Part shown: positions 21,034 to 30,361 of the stretch, piece by piece
Position numbering within the stretch: the first letter of the stretch is position 1
Layout: every line of letters starts with the position of its first letter
Translations under genes and position numbers: made by a program
The notes under the pieces: model-generated
What the model was told of the DNA's origin: nothing
What the model saw: only the letters and a program-made list of their open reading frames with translations
The model's database searches: none
Assembly (NCBI GenBank): GCA_041288095.1
Contig: JBGGMJ010000082.1
Location: forward strand, 1 to 64,000
Reading direction: 5' to 3'
Length of the DNA stretch: 64,000 bases
Origin: Myxococcota bacterium
Lineage (GTDB): Bacteria; Myxococcota; XYA12-FULL-58-9; JALHOP01

Positions 21034-21660
21034 TCAGTCTTTCGTTTCTTTACCGGTGACACCGCTGATCGCTGCGTTCGCCGCGGCGGCCGCGGCGTCG
21101 ATCTCTGCCTCGGTACCGCCCATGTACAGACGACCGAAGGCACCGAACGTCGTGCACTCGAGCAGTTGCACGTTGGCTGCCTTCTCGGCTTCGTTGGCCG
21201 CGAAAGCGATGTAGGCCGCGGGCACCGTCTCCATGATGAGGAGCGACTCGCCGGGATTGATCATCGACCCCGAGCGCAGCTTGTTGATGACCTGCGCGTG
21301 GTCCGGCTCGATGGAGCGGATGATCTGATTGGTCACGAGCTTGGGCTTCACGCGGTCTTCGGGCTTCAAGCCCAGCTCATCGAGGATTGCCTGACCAGCG
21401 AGTTGCACTTGGCCTTTGTCTTCGGCGTGCAACATCACCATGCCATAGGCGCGCTCGACGACGATGGTCGCCGGGTGGACCTGGGTGCCCTTCAAAGCGC
21501 GGTCGAGCAGGCGGTGGATGCCCATGCCCGGCGCGACTTCGACGAACAAAGCAGCCTCGTACGGCACGGGCCAGAAGCCTCTGCAGGTCGTGCAAACATG
21601 ACCCGTGAGCTGCGGCTGGAGCGCGTCGAGGAAGACGTAGGTGCGGAGTGAAACGCTCAT
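21034..21660 (-). CDS. BMC tandem-domain shell protein (permuted, stacking BMC-T; Haliangium T2/T3-like)
   Basis: [47 protein letters not shown]. Confidence 0.92.
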   Translation of the reverse strand: MSVSLRTYVFLDALQPQLTGHVCTTCRGFWPVPYEAALFVEVAPGMGIHRLLDRALKGTQVHPATIVVERAYGMVMLHAEDKGQVQLAGQAILDELGLKPEDRVKPKLVTNQIIRSIEPDHAQVINKLRSGSMINPGESLLIMETVPAAYIAFAANEAEKAANVQLLECTTFGAFGRLYMGGTEAEIDAAAAAANAAISGVTGKETKD

Positions 21661-21759
21661 TCGTTGGGCGTGAGCTATAGCCCAAGCCCTGACACCGAAA
21701 CAAGCAGCGTGTCGCGCTCCGAGATCACTTCGTGAGCGCCCGCTAAAGCGGACCAGCCA

Positions 21760-21972
21760 CTAGCGCTCGGCTTCGCCGGCGCCGTCTGGGTTATCCGACG
21801 GCAGGTAGTCAGTCGTGCTTGGGACGCGCTTGAGCTCGGCGCGTGCGATCTTCCAGGCTTGCTGAATGAGCCACGAAATCGACCGGTCTTGGCGGGTCGA
21901 TTCCTTCTGCAGCTCGCTCAGCATGTCGGAAGGAAAATAGAGATTCTGACGTCGCGTTTCGCCCTGGCCCAT
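21760..21972 (-). CDS. TIGR04563-like (MXAN_4361/4362 family) small RHH-type protein
   Basis: RQNLYFPSDMLSELQKESTRQDRSISWLIQQAWKIAR; GGAG RBS. Confidence 0.85.
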   Translation of the reverse strand: MGQGETRRQNLYFPSDMLSELQKESTRQDRSISWLIQQAWKIARAELKRVPSTTDYLPSDNPDGAGEAER

Positions 21973-22050
21973 TGGCTTCACTCCCCGTTGGAATACGTCG
22001 ACGCGGAGCATCCATGCCGCCCCGCCATCAACGCTCGTGGTCGTTTGTCG

Positions 22051-22242
22051 TTACTCGCTGGCCTCGCCGTCGGTGTGGTCGTTGACCGACGGGAAACGCA
22101 TGATTTCGTTGCGCGCGATGCGCCAAGCCTGCTGAACGATCCACGAAAGCGAACGGTCTTGCCGATTCGCTTCGATCTGAATCTCTTTCAGCATGTCTTC
22201 AGGGAAATAGAGGCTCTGCTTGCGCTTATCGGTACGAGACAT
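22051..22242 (-). CDS. TIGR04563-like (MXAN_4361/4362 family) small RHH-type protein
   Basis: DKRKQSLYFPEDMLKEIQIEANRQDRSLSWIVQQAWRIAR. Confidence 0.88.
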   Translation of the reverse strand: MSRTDKRKQSLYFPEDMLKEIQIEANRQDRSLSWIVQQAWRIARNEIMRFPSVNDHTDGEASE

Positions 22243-22295
22243 GAACCGTTGGCTCCGTCTGTCGCGGAAAGAAACTCAACTTCAGCAGCTAGTCG

Positions 22296-22324
22296 GGTCT
22301 AACCCGAGGTCGAACGTGCGTCAA
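22296..22324 (-). promoter_or_regulatory. Possible sigma70 promoter for the RHH pair
   Basis: Minus strand TTGACG-N17-TAGACC. Confidence 0.4.
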
Positions 22325-22532
22325 GCTGGGCTTTTGGAACACCGCGTTGCTTCGCGGCAGTGACGCACGTTGCTCAGATGATTGCCAGAAAAACATTCAG
22401 AGCGACGACAATCGCCGTGAAACCTATCGCCGTCCACAATCGAGCCCGGGGCTCATCCAAGACCGCAACATCAATCATGTGGGTGATGGTGGCATGTAAG
22501 CCCACCACACAAAAAATAATAGGCAGGTCTTT

Positions 22533-24617
22533 GTGTGTTTTTTGGGAGCCGCTGTGCGGGCTTGCTACGATCGTGATGTGACGGAAGCGTGGTCACCGGC
22601 TCCCCCACCGTTTCGCACCATGGTGCTCGTCGGTGGGCTCTTGGGCGCATTCTTGCCGCTCAGGCCTTCGTCCGCCCAGGGCCCGGCCAGTCCGCCAAAG
22701 CAGACAGCAGTTCCTGTCGCTAAAGCGGAGCAAAAGCCGGCGAGGGATGACGACGAGAGTCTGCGCACTCTCGCCCGCGCCGAGGGCTTGCTCGATCTCG
22801 GCCGCGCCGACGCCGCCGCCGACTTGCTCGCGACGCTCGCTCCCGAGGGCCCGCACGCCAGCGCCGCGCGCACGTTGCAATCGTGGGCTCTGCATCAGGC
22901 CGGCCGCGACACCGAGCTCCTGGGGCTGCTCGGGGACGCCGATGAAGAGGGTGAAGACACCATCGGCCGCATCGAGAACCCCGAGCTCCTTTATCTGCGT
23001 GGCTCGGCGAGCCTCGCCGCCGGCCGCGACGCCGCCGCCATCGCGGACCTGCGCCGTCTCTGGTGGGGCGAGTGCGACGGCATCTGGGGCCTCTACGCCT
23101 TGCGCGAGCTCGCCGCCGTGCCGGCGACGTCGGGCGGACCCTACCGGGGCGCCGACCGCGCGGTGATCGAGCGCTTGATGCCGCAAGCGACCCACCGGCT
23201 GACGCGCGCTCAGACCGACATCGACGCGCTCATCAGTGCTCTCGTGGCCAAGGCGCCGCGCGGCAGCATTCTCGCCGCCGAGGCTCGTCATGCGCGTGGC
23301 GTACGCCTGCTCCGTGGCGAAAAGCACGACGAGGCGGCCCGCACCCTGAACGTCGCCTACAGCATGACACGGTATGCCCCGCTCAAGCGCGCCATCACCC
23401 GCAGCCTCGGCGAGGCCGAGCGCCGTCGCGGCAATTACAACGCCGCCATGCGCCACTTCGACAGCGTCGCCGCCAACGCCGATGACCACTTGGCGCACGA
23501 GGCGCTGGCTCTCGCCGGCCAAACCGCCATCGAGTTCCGCCACTACCCCGAGGCTCGCAAGCGCTTCGAAGCGCAGCTCGTCGCCAACCCCACGGGCATT
23601 GCGCGCGAGCAGGCGCTGTGGGGCTTGGGCTGGGTCGCCTTCCGAACCGGCGACTACACGAAGGCGCGCCAGTTCTTCCGCACGCTCTTCACGGAGTCGG
23701 AGTACGGCCCGTTCGCGGCGCAGAGCCTTTATTGGGGCGCGCGCGCCGCGCAAGAGATCGGCGACAACGGCACCGCGGCTCAAGAGCTCGCGTTCCTGAT
23801 CGCCGCCTTCCCGCTCGACTACTATGCCCACCGCGCGGCGCGCCTCACCCAGCACGTCGACATCGCCGACGCCGTCTATCCGTCGGGCCCCATCGCCATC
23901 GACGAAAGCGTCGACTACATCGCCCAGCTCACGCAGGCCGGCATGAGCCGTAGAGCGCTGAAGGCCCTGCCCACGATCGACGCCAAGCTCTCGAAGCTGG
24001 GGCCGCACGAGCTACGCATGCTCGAGAGCGCGCTGCGCGACCTCAACGCCGACAAGTGGCTTGCGCGTGTCCGCTGGCAGCGACAGTCGCGCTTCCCGGA
24101 GAGTCCCGAAGGTCGTGCCGTGCTCGGCCGCGTCTTCCCCAGCCGCATCGTCGAGCTCGCCCGCCGCGTCACCACCGAGACCAAGATGGACTTTCCGCTG
24201 GTCGTCTCGTTGATGCGGCAGGAGAGCGCCTTCAACCCGCGCGCCGTGTCGGGAGTCGGCGCCGTCGGCCTCATGCAGCTCATGATCCCGACGGCACGCG
24301 AGCTCGTCCGCGAAGACAGACGCGGTGGTCTCGACGCCGCCGATCTCTACGACCCCGAGCTCAACATGCGCATCGGCATGAAGTATCTAGGCCGCATGTT
24401 GCGCGCCTTCGGCGGCCGCTCGGAGTACGCTTTGGCGGCCTACAACGCCGGTCCCGGCGCCGTTACCCGCTGGCGCCAGGCTCAGGGTGACCTCCCGGTC
24501 GACATCTTCGTCGAGGAGATCCCGTACGAGGAGACGCGCGCCTACGTCCGCCGCATCCTCGCCGGCATGCGCACCTTCAGCTACGTCGAGGGTGGCTTCC
24601 TGGCCGCCAACAAGTAG
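22533..24617 (+). CDS. TPR-containing soluble lytic transglycosylase (Slt70-like); start may be 22620
   Basis: RQESAFNP, GAVGLMQLM, AAYNAGPG, IPYEETRAYV; TPR helices. Confidence 0.92.
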   Translation: MCFLGAAVRACYDRDVTEAWSPAPPPFRTMVLVGGLLGAFLPLRPSSAQGPASPPKQTAVPVAKAEQKPARDDDESLRTLARAEGLLDLGRADAAADLLATLAPEGPHASAARTLQSWALHQAGRDTELLGLLGDADEEGEDTIGRIENPELLYLRGSASLAAGRDAAAIADLRRLWWGECDGIWGLYALRELAAVPATSGGPYRGADRAVIERLMPQATHRLTRAQTDIDALISALVAKAPRGSILAAEARHARGVRLLRGEKHDEAARTLNVAYSMTRYAPLKRAITRSLGEAERRRGNYNAAMRHFDSVAANADDHLAHEALALAGQTAIEFRHYPEARKRFEAQLVANPTGIAREQALWGLGWVAFRTGDYTKARQFFRTLFTESEYGPFAAQSLYWGARAAQEIGDNGTAAQELAFLIAAFPLDYYAHRAARLTQHVDIADAVYPSGPIAIDESVDYIAQLTQAGMSRRALKALPTIDAKLSKLGPHELRMLESALRDLNADKWLARVRWQRQSRFPESPEGRAVLGRVFPSRIVELARRVTTETKMDFPLVVSLMRQESAFNPRAVSGVGAVGLMQLMIPTARELVREDRRGGLDAADLYDPELNMRIGMKYLGRMLRAFGGRSEYALAAYNAGPGAVTRWRQAQGDLPVDIFVEEIPYEETRAYVRRILAGMRTFSYVEGGFLAANK

Positions 24618-24645
24618 GCAGCGCGTCGAATATCGCCGGTCGGGC

Positions 24646-24673
24646 GCAACTTTCGCTCGCGGCGGGCCGACAA
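24646..24673 (+). promoter_or_regulatory. Sigma28-like promoter motif
   Basis: GCAAC-N15-GCCGACAA upstream of the S41 peptidase gene. Confidence 0.45.
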
Positions 24674-24697
24674 CCACGATGCTAGGTTTGTAGGGGT

Positions 24698-26212
24698 GTG
24701 CCGCCCAGGAGCTGTTGTTACGTGGCTATCGAGGCTTCGATTCGCATCGGTTCGACGACGGCCTCGCCGTGGCAACTGACAGCCCCCGACCCGGTCGCGA
24801 CCTCGCGAAACGCCGGGACGCACCCGGTCGCGGTCGAGCCAAACCGTCGCTACGCCCAGGTTCCGACCGGTCCCGGCCTCATTCTCGCCCCGGCCCCCGA
24901 CGCGCCTGATCCCGATGCCGCCGCTATCGCCGAGAGCCCCGAGGCACGTTTCACCGCGTCCGAGCTCGTCCCGCACCTCGCATGGGTCATGAGCGCCTAC
25001 TACCCAGCGCTCGAGCCCGAGCGCATGCAAGAGGTCATCCTGGCGAGCCTCCAAGGCCTCGCGCGCCTCAAGCCGGAAGTCACCGTCGAGCGTGACGGCA
25101 ACCGCATCGTCATCCGTGACGGCGCCACCACCCAGCGCTTCGCCATGCCCTCGAACGCGGGCTCCTGGGCGAACGCGGCCCAACGGGTCGCTGAGTTGGT
25201 CGCCGGCCCTGTGCCCTCTTTAGCGGGCGCTCGACACGACGCAGTGAGCGATGCTTTCTTCAGCGGCCTCGCCGGCTCTCTCGATGGCTACAGCTGGTAT
25301 CGCAACCGTGCCGCGGCCGCCGAGTTCGCACGCCGCATGGACCACAGCAAGCCGGAGGACGACGTACAGGCCGAGGTTGTCGACGGTGTCGGCGTGTTGC
25401 GCATCCGCACCTTCACCGGCGCCGCCGTCATCGGCGTGCGACGCGCGCTCGAAAGCTGGGGCCTCCTGCCCGAAGGCGCCACGCCTCGAGTCCAAGGGCT
25501 GGTCGTCGACATTATCGACGATGGCGGTGGCGCCAGCGCCGCGGCACGCTCGATCGCCGACATGTTCCTGCGGCGCGGTGTCATTTACCGCACCGAGAGC
25601 AACGAGACGGTGAACGCCGTCAACGAGGAGGCTGACGGCCGCGGGATCCCCGAGCACATCCAGGTCGTGGTCTTGCAGAACGGCGGCACTGCCTCGGCGG
25701 CGGAGATCTTCGCGGGCGCGGTCCAAGAGAATCGCCGGGCCATCGTCCTCGGCACCTCGAGCTATGGCAAGAGCCGCGAGCAGACCGTTCGCCGCGAGCT
25801 CCCCGGTGGCGGGGCCCTGGCGATCTCGACGGCCCTCATTCGCGGACCCTCCGGCCAGACCCACGAGGGCCAGGGCGTCACCCCCAACGCCTGCATCATC
25901 GATACGCGCGTCAGCATGGATGCCGCGTCTCGCGCCGAGCTGCGTCGGCGCGGTGAGCTCGACGCCGGTCCGGACAACCCCCTCCACCGTTTTTGCCCAC
26001 CGCTTCCGAGCCGCGCCGAGGTACGCACACCCGGGCGCCGCCGCATGAGCGACGACGAACATCGTGGCCTGCAGCTCCAGGCGATCGCCTTGCTGCGCGA
26101 CCAGGCCCGCTACCGCTCCCTCCTCGAAGGGGTCGAGCTGGCGCCGCAACCAGCGTTCGTACGGCCGCGCAGCGCCGTGCCCGGCGTACCCTGGTGGGCT
26201 GGTCCTAACTGA
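24698..26212 (+). CDS. Atypical S41 family peptidase lacking PDZ and signal peptide (start probably GTG 24722)
   Basis: GVLRIRTF, VDIIDDGGG, TASAAEIFAGAVQE, SYGK, GVTP. Confidence 0.8.
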   Translation: MPPRSCCYVAIEASIRIGSTTASPWQLTAPDPVATSRNAGTHPVAVEPNRRYAQVPTGPGLILAPAPDAPDPDAAAIAESPEARFTASELVPHLAWVMSAYYPALEPERMQEVILASLQGLARLKPEVTVERDGNRIVIRDGATTQRFAMPSNAGSWANAAQRVAELVAGPVPSLAGARHDAVSDAFFSGLAGSLDGYSWYRNRAAAAEFARRMDHSKPEDDVQAEVVDGVGVLRIRTFTGAAVIGVRRALESWGLLPEGATPRVQGLVVDIIDDGGGASAAARSIADMFLRRGVIYRTESNETVNAVNEEADGRGIPEHIQVVVLQNGGTASAAEIFAGAVQENRRAIVLGTSSYGKSREQTVRRELPGGGALAISTALIRGPSGQTHEGQGVTPNACIIDTRVSMDAASRAELRRRGELDAGPDNPLHRFCPPLPSRAEVRTPGRRRMSDDEHRGLQLQAIALLRDQARYRSLLEGVELAPQPAFVRPRSAVPGVPWWAGPN

Positions 26213-26253
26213 TAGCCGAACCACCGCCGGCGTGGTTTAATGCGGGCCGCATC

Positions 26254-27399
26254 ATGTCCATTCACACCGAGCTCGTCATGAAGGCCCTGGAGTCGCTCGA
26301 CGCGCTCTCGGCGCCGCCACCCGACGGCAAGCCCAACCTCCTGGGCGTGCCCATGGCCGAGCTCGAGCGCTTCTCCGAAGCGGCGGGAGAGCAACGCTAT
26401 CGCGGACGGCAGATTTTCCAGGGCCTGTTCCACCGCCGCGTCCAGTCGTTCGCCGACCTCACCGACATCAGCAAGAAGCTGCGCGAGGCGCTCGAGGCGG
26501 CGTTCGACATCGACCGCCCCAAGGTCGAGCAGGTGCAAGCGTCGACCGACGGCACCCGCAAGTACAAGCTCAAGGCGATCGACGGCTCGATCTTCGAAGC
26601 CGTCTACATCCCCGAGGTGGCGCGTGGCTCGCGCACCAACACGTTGTGCGTCTCGTCGCAAACGGGCTGCGCCGTCGGCTGCAAGTTCTGCTTCACGGCG
26701 TCGCTGAAGCGCAATCGCAACCTCTCGGCCGCGGAGATCGTCGGCCAGGTGCTTGCTGTCCGCGATGACGTTGCGGAGTTCGGCGAGCGCGCCCAAGTCA
26801 CCAACATCGTCTTCATGGGCATGGGCGAGCCGCTCCTGAACTACTCGCAGGTAACGCGCGCCATCGGCATCCTGCTCGACCCGATGGGCGCCGCGTTTCC
26901 GTCGAGGCGCATCACCGTGAGCACCAGCGGCATCGTGCCGCGCATCTACGACCTCGGCCGCGACCTGCCGACGCAGCTCGCCATCTCGCTCAACGCGACG
27001 ACCAACGAGATTCGCCAGCAGGTCATGCCGATCACCAAGAAGTGGCCGCTCGAGGAGCTCATCGCGGCGCTGCGCGCTTACCCGCTGCAGCCACGCCGGC
27101 GCATCACCATCGAATACGTCCTCCTCGGCGGCGTCAACGACAGCATCGAGGACGCGCGACGCCTCCCGCACCTCCTGCGCGACATCCCGGTCAAGGTGAA
27201 CCTCTTGCCGCTCAACGCCCACGACCGCACGGAGCTCAAGACCCCCGAATGGAGCCAGGTCCTCGCCTTCGAGCGCGAGCTCAAACGCCACGGCATGAAC
27301 GCCATCTTGCGCCGGCCCCGGGGCCGCGACATCTCGGCGGCGTGCGGCCAGCTCGGCGAAACCGTGCCTGTCCGCGAAAACGCACCAGCCGCGCCCTAG
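26254..27399 (+). CDS. rlmN: Dual-specificity RNA methyltransferase RlmN
   Basis: CVSSQTGCAVGCKFC, FMGMGEPLLN, DISAACGQL. Confidence 0.96.
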   Translation: MSIHTELVMKALESLDALSAPPPDGKPNLLGVPMAELERFSEAAGEQRYRGRQIFQGLFHRRVQSFADLTDISKKLREALEAAFDIDRPKVEQVQASTDGTRKYKLKAIDGSIFEAVYIPEVARGSRTNTLCVSSQTGCAVGCKFCFTASLKRNRNLSAAEIVGQVLAVRDDVAEFGERAQVTNIVFMGMGEPLLNYSQVTRAIGILLDPMGAAFPSRRITVSTSGIVPRIYDLGRDLPTQLAISLNATTNEIRQQVMPITKKWPLEELIAALRAYPLQPRRRITIEYVLLGGVNDSIEDARRLPHLLRDIPVKVNLLPLNAHDRTELKTPEWSQVLAFERELKRHGMNAILRRPRGRDISAACGQLGETVPVRENAPAAP

Positions 27400-28064
27400 C
27401 CGACCTCGAGCTTGCGCTCGCGAAAGGCCGCGAGCAGCCGCACCTTTGCCTCGGCTTCGAGAACGGCACCGTGCGCCGGCACGACGCGGGCGATGTCGAG
27501 CCGAGCAATCGGCGCCAGCGACGCCGCGAACGCTCGGCGGTCCTTCACCAGCATCATGAGCATGCGGCTGACCGCGAAGCGTCGATAAGCATCCGAGAGC
27601 AGCTTCAAGATGATGGTCGCTCCGACGCCGCCAGCGTCGACGACATTGAAGGCGAGATCGACGACGAGCAGCGACTTCGAGGGCACGTGATAAAGCGCGT
27701 GCTCACGCACCTTCGGCATGCCGGCCAGCGGAAAGACGCGCAGCTCGCTCTCGTGCGGCCATGGGTCTTCGCCGAGCACCGACCAGGTATGCTTCGGACG
27801 CTTGTCGCGTATCCCCGGCGGACCCCAGAGCCGAGCCCGCGGGTGATACTTGGCCGCGAGCGGGCCGCCGTCGGTGTGCCAGAAGCTGGGCGCGATGATG
27901 TCCGTCACCTCGCCGGCGCTCTTGAGCTGGGCTTCGCTCATCATCGAGCCCGGGGAGAACATCACCCTGCCGCCGCTCACCTCGATGACGGTGGTGCGGA
28001 CCGGGAGCTTCATGATGGGCATCTTGGCGACGTCTTCGATGAAGGTCATTCCGGTGGTGGTCAT
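27396..28064 (-). CDS. DUF4336-like MBL-fold protein
   Basis: RTTVIE, IIAPSFWH, HVPSKSLLVVDL, VVPAHG. Confidence 0.7.
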   Translation of the reverse strand: MTTTGMTFIEDVAKMPIMKLPVRTTVIEVSGGRVMFSPGSMMSEAQLKSAGEVTDIIAPSFWHTDGGPLAAKYHPRARLWGPPGIRDKRPKHTWSVLGEDPWPHESELRVFPLAGMPKVREHALYHVPSKSLLVVDLAFNVVDAGGVGATIILKLLSDAYRRFAVSRMLMMLVKDRRAFAASLAPIARLDIARVVPAHGAVLEAEAKVRLLAAFRERKLEVG

Positions 28065-28131
28065 GCCGTGTGCGCTATCAGCGACCGTGCCTCCTGACAA
28101 TCCGCGCCGGCGAGCGTAAACATGCGTCAAA

Positions 28132-29250
28132 ATGTCCCTCGCTGATCAGGTGCGCGACGCTGCCCTCGAGCTGGGCTTCGTGCGCGTCGGTTTCTCGCCG
28201 GTCGAGCCCTTCGCGCGCGGTGCGGACGCTCTAGCGGACTGGCTGGCGCGCGGTCGCCACGGCGAGATGGCCTACATGGCGGAGCACGGCGGACGCGCGG
28301 AGCCGACGACCCTACTCGCCGAGGCCAAGACCTTGATCGTCGTCGCCCTGCCCTACACCCGCGACGTTCCGGAGGCGCCGGCGATGCATGGACGCGTCGC
28401 ACGTTACGCGCTGGGCGGCGATTACCACGCCGTGATGAAGGAGAAGTTGCGCGCGTTAGCGGACAAGCTCGGCACCCTCACTAGCCGCCCAGTGCTCGCC
28501 CGCCCTTGCGTCGACAGCGCGCCCATCCTCGAGCGCGAAGCCGCCGAGCGCGCCGGCGTCGGCTTCATCGCCAAGTCGACGATGAGCATCGTCCCGGGCG
28601 TCGGCAGCTACGTGGTCCTGGGAGAGCTACTCGTCGACCTCGAGCTCGCGCCCAGTACGCCAGAGCGGTCTCGCTGTGGCAGTTGCACCAAGTGCATCGA
28701 AGCCTGCCCCACTGGCGCCATCATCGACGCCCAGGTGCTCGACGCTCGGCGCTGCATCTCGTACCTGACCATCGAGCTGCGCGGCGCAATTCCGCGCGAG
28801 TTACGACCACTCATCGGCACCTGGGTCTACGGCTGCGACATCTGCCAGGAGGTCTGCCCCTTCAACGCCTCGAAGCAGGAGCGCCCACTCGCCCCCGAAA
28901 TGCGGCCACGCTTCACCAGCCTCGATCTGGTGAAGCTCCTGGCCATCCGCAACCGAGAGCACAAGCGCCTCATCAAGAAGAGCGCCATGCGTCGTGTAAG
29001 CCGCGAGCAGCTGGCGCGAAATGCGGCGGTGGCACTGGGCAACTGCAAGGAGCCGACGGCCATTGCGCCTCTCGCCGAGGCCCTCGAGCACCACAAATCA
29101 CCGCTGGTGCGCGGCCACGCCGCCTGGGCCCTCGGCCGCTACAGCAAGGACCACTTAGCCGCGCGCGACGCCTTGGCCGCGGCCGCCTTGCGTGAAACCG
29201 ATGCCGGCGTGCTCGACGAAATCGCCCGGGCCCCTGACATCGTGTCATGA
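28132..29250 (+). CDS. queG: Epoxyqueuosine reductase
   Basis: GRVARYA, VDSAPILER, CGSCTKCIEACP, RCISYLTIE, GCDICQEVCP; HEAT tail. Confidence 0.95.
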   Translation: MSLADQVRDAALELGFVRVGFSPVEPFARGADALADWLARGRHGEMAYMAEHGGRAEPTTLLAEAKTLIVVALPYTRDVPEAPAMHGRVARYALGGDYHAVMKEKLRALADKLGTLTSRPVLARPCVDSAPILEREAAERAGVGFIAKSTMSIVPGVGSYVVLGELLVDLELAPSTPERSRCGSCTKCIEACPTGAIIDAQVLDARRCISYLTIELRGAIPRELRPLIGTWVYGCDICQEVCPFNASKQERPLAPEMRPRFTSLDLVKLLAIRNREHKRLIKKSAMRRVSREQLARNAAVALGNCKEPTAIAPLAEALEHHKSPLVRGHAAWALGRYSKDHLAARDALAAAALRETDAGVLDEIARAPDIVS

Positions 29251-29256
29251 AAACGC

Positions 29257-29283
29257 GCAACACCAGCGCCGGCAAGCCGATGA
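29257..29283 (+). promoter_or_regulatory. Sigma28-like promoter motif
   Basis: GCAAC-N14-GCCGATGA upstream of orphan 29311. Confidence 0.45.
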
Positions 29284-29310
29284 CCACGCTCCCACCACAG
29301 GAGCCAGCCC

Positions 29311-29577
29311 ATGCCGAATCAACTTGGCGACATTCTCAACCGCGTTCTTCCGCGCGGCCTCACCGATAGCGAGACCGACGAGATCATCGCGGCGGTGAAC
29401 GCACCGAAGGCCGATCAGACCCAGCAGCAAGACACACTCCTCGAGCTGCGCGCCCTCAACACGGTCCTCGGCCAGTACCTGGCTTCCGGGAACTCGTACG
29501 CCACCATGGCGAACCATCAGCGCATCGGCGTTTGCCTGCGCCGGCAGGAAATCTCGCCCGCGCTCAAGTGCCGCTAG
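29311..29577 (+). CDS. Small orphan protein (88 aa)
   Basis: AGGAG RBS, GC3-rich codons, fills the gap between queG and xth. Confidence 0.7.
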   Translation: MPNQLGDILNRVLPRGLTDSETDEIIAAVNAPKADQTQQQDTLLELRALNTVLGQYLASGNSYATMANHQRIGVCLRRQEISPALKCR

Positions 29578-29581
29578 CCGG

Positions 29582-30361
29582 TCAGGCGAGCTCGACAATC
29601 ACCGGCGCGTGATCGCTCGGCGGTGTCGGATGTGCTTTCGGATAACGCTCGTCGCGGTCGATCGAGGCCGCGCGGGCGCGCTCCGCAATCACGGACGTCC
29701 CCAACACGAGGTCGATGCGCAGACCGTTGGCGCGCTGGAACCCGAGGTTGCGGTAGTCCCACCACGAGTAGAGGCCGCCCTCCTCGCGCACCTTACGAAA
29801 CACGTCGACGAGCCCGAAGCGCATGAGCGACTGCAACGCCGCGCGGGCCTCGGGGTGATAAAGCACCGTGTGCTCCCACTCGAACGGCCGCGCCACATCG
29901 CGCTCGTCCGGGGCGATGTTGAAATCACCGCACAAGAGCAGGGGTTCGTCGGGCTGGTGATTGGCGGCGAGATACGACTCGAAGCGCTTGAGCCACGCCA
30001 TCTTGTATTGCCACTTGTCCGAGTCGACGGTGCTGCCGTTGGGCACGTAGACGCTCGCGATCCGCACGCCTTGCACCAGCCCGCTCACGTACCGCGCTTG
30101 CGGGTCGTCGGCGCCGTCCGCGAAGCCGATGCGCACGTCCTCGATGGGAGTCTTCGATAGCAGAGCGACGCCGTTGTAGGCCTTCTGACCGTTGAGCGCC
30201 GCGTGGTAGCCGAGCGTGAGCAGCTTCGCCGTGGGAAAGGCGCCGTCGGGGACCTTGGTCTCCTGCAAGCAGAGCACGTCGGGCTGATGCCGCGCCAACG
30301 CCAAGAAGAACCGCTCTTCGCGGGCCTTCACCGAGTTGACGTTCCAGCTGAGCAGCTTCAC
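29582..30361 (-). CDS. xth: Exodeoxyribonuclease III
   Basis: SWNVNS, LQETK, YVPNG, GDFNIA, YSWWDYR, GLRID, SDHAP. Confidence 0.95.
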   Translation of the reverse strand: MKLLSWNVNSVKAREERFFLALARHQPDVLCLQETKVPDGAFPTAKLLTLGYHAALNGQKAYNGVALLSKTPIEDVRIGFADGADDPQARYVSGLVQGVRIASVYVPNGSTVDSDKWQYKMAWLKRFESYLAANHQPDEPLLLCGDFNIAPDERDVARPFEWEHTVLYHPEARAALQSLMRFGLVDVFRKVREEGGLYSWWDYRNLGFQRANGLRIDLVLGTSVIAERARAASIDRDERYPKAHPTPPSDHAPVIVELA

